Assembly: GCF_006345805.1 (NCBI RefSeq)
Contig: NC_043000.1
Location: 139,376,001 to 139,440,000, forward strand
Direction of reading: 5' to 3'
From: Octopus sinensis
Lineage: Eukaryota
DNA: 64,000 nucleotides
The notes under the pieces are model-generated. The model was given only the letters and a program-made list of their open reading frames with translations. It did not search any database and had not been told where the DNA came from. Positions 62,518-64,000 of the stretch are shown here, piece after piece. The translations under genes and the position numbers were made by a program. Position 1 is the first letter of the stretch; each line of letters begins with the position of its first letter.

Positions 62518-63018
62518 CTTCTTCTTCTTCTTCTTCTTCCAGTCAGGACTCACACCATTAGCCACAAAGAATAATCTCCAATTCAAGCCTACTCCAAGCT
62601 ACTAAGAATGTGTGCGGCGACTTGAAGATCCACCCACCACACGCAATAGACTGGTGGTTGTATGGGTGCAAAAGCTACATTGTTATCCTCATTTCTTAAA
62701 CGGTGGCTTTTAACGGGTGGAGAGCTGAACCATCCGGGGGTACAGAGGATTCGCAATCTAGACTAGGGTCTGAAAGTTTACCACACCATAATGAGTTACA
62801 CCATGGTTTTTCTGCTTTTGTGGCAGAAGTAGGAAGAAAGAGTGAGAGAAAGTTGTGGTGAAAGGGTACAGTGTGGTTCTCCACTACCCACCGATGGAAC
62901 CTCATGGAGCTTAGGTGTTTTTACTCAATAAACACTCACAATGCTCAGTCTGAGAATCGAAACCATGCTCTTACGACTGCAAGTCCGCTGCCCTAACTAC
63001 TGGGCCATTGTGCCTCCA
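62518..63018 (-). mobile_element. SINE with family E head, a different 3' half and (GAA)n tail
   Basis: ACTRAGTGAACTGT duplicated at ~62504-62517 and 63018-63031. Confidence 0.7.
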
Positions 63019-63529
63019 CTAAGTGAACTGTTGTCACATATTGCAATAGAAACAATAAAATTTCATCTGAACTTCTAAATTAATATTAGAGAAAAGAAAA
63101 ATCAGATCTAAAATGATAAAGAGCTTGTGAGCAGTCTGACATGGCAGTGGGGTAATTTTACTAGAATTAGAATACATTTGGTTCTGTTGGGGTTTATTAA
63201 AGTGATAATAAGATCCTGACAATAATGTAGTGCCCATTAGGATTTTTCATTCCGAGTGGTTAATTGATCAAAATTTCATCTCAACTTTAAGGGAATAATG
63301 AGGAGACTGAAGGCATTCTTTTATTGTTTGAGTCAAAACAAGAATCAAATAATTATTTTTCAAATGGCAAATATTTAAAAAAATAAATGATCAGTAATCT
63401 CTGGTGATGTAAGCTTAATATCCAAAACAAGAAGGGAAATGAATTGAAAGCATGACTCATGCCTTACATCCAGGCTAACTTAGTATGATATTTTTCATTC
63501 AGATAATGTTTTGACCACTGATATCTATA

Positions 63530-63755
63530 AGGTGGTGAGCTGGCAGAACCGATAGCACGCCGGGTGAAATGTTTAGTGGTATTTCGTCTACCATTACGTT
63601 CTGAGTTCAAATTACGCTGAGGTTGACTTTCATTCTTCCGGGGTCGATTAAATAAGTACCAGTTACGCACTGGGGTTGATGTAATTGACTTAATCCGTTT
63701 GTCTGTCCTTGTTTGTCCTCTCTGTGTTTAACCCCTTGTGGGTAGTAAAGAAAAG
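63530..63755 (+). mobile_element. SINE family B
   Basis: GGTGGTGAGCTGGCAG...CCCCTTGTGGGTAGTAAAGAAA. Confidence 0.85.
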
Positions 63756-63764
63756 GATATCTAA

Positions 63765-64000
63765 TATAGGAGCACTCCATTGGTTGTGACAACGAGGGTC
63801 CCAACTGATATGATCAACGGAACAGCTTATTTGTGAAATTAATGCGTAAGTGGCTGAGCACTCCACAAACACGTGTACCCTTAACGTAGTTCTCGGGGAG
63901 ATTCAGCGTGATACAGTGTGTGACAAGGCTGGTCCTTTGAAATAGAGGTACTACTCATTTTTGCCAGCTGAGTGGACTGGAGCAACGTGACACAACGCGA
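63765..64000 (-). mobile_element. SINE with family D-like core and a different 3' part, cut by the window edge
   Basis: CTCATTTTTTGCCAGCTGAGTGGACTGGAGCAACGTGA shared with family D; GTGTGACAAGGCTGG shared with the 36250 region. Confidence 0.6.

Overview
AT-rich, repeat-saturated eukaryotic DNA, probably intergenic or intronic. The SINE repertoire looks like that of Octopus or another coleoid cephalopod; this is inferred from recognising the repeats, not from a database search. No host protein-coding gene can be supported. Contents: (1) a young, 5'-truncated CR1-group LINE at ~25236-29361 (ORF1 with PHD-like and CCCH zinc fingers; ORF2 with APE endonuclease and RT; (AAATG)n tail); (2) more than 45 copies or fragments of at least five SINE families; (3) mariner and maT/DD37D transposase relics, three non-autonomous Helitrons, a pogo/Tigger-like MITE, and RTE and L1/Tx1 relics; (4) many microsatellites. 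Two signals stand out. First, six unrelated short inserts, several in inverted-repeat form and mostly inside (TA)n/(CA)n tracts, each carry a minimal hammerhead ribozyme typical of Penelope-like element pseudo-LTRs. Their catalytic cores covary at the 3-8 pair (C3-G8, U3-A8 and the rare G3-C8), and two also carry U4C. Second, LINE ORF2 has no AUG before its endonuclease domain, and its frame opens just upstream of a U_UUU_UUA slippery heptamer in ORF1, which suggests gag-pol-like -1 frameshifting in a non-LTR element. Coordinates were read by eye and may be off by a few bases; repeat boundaries are approximate.
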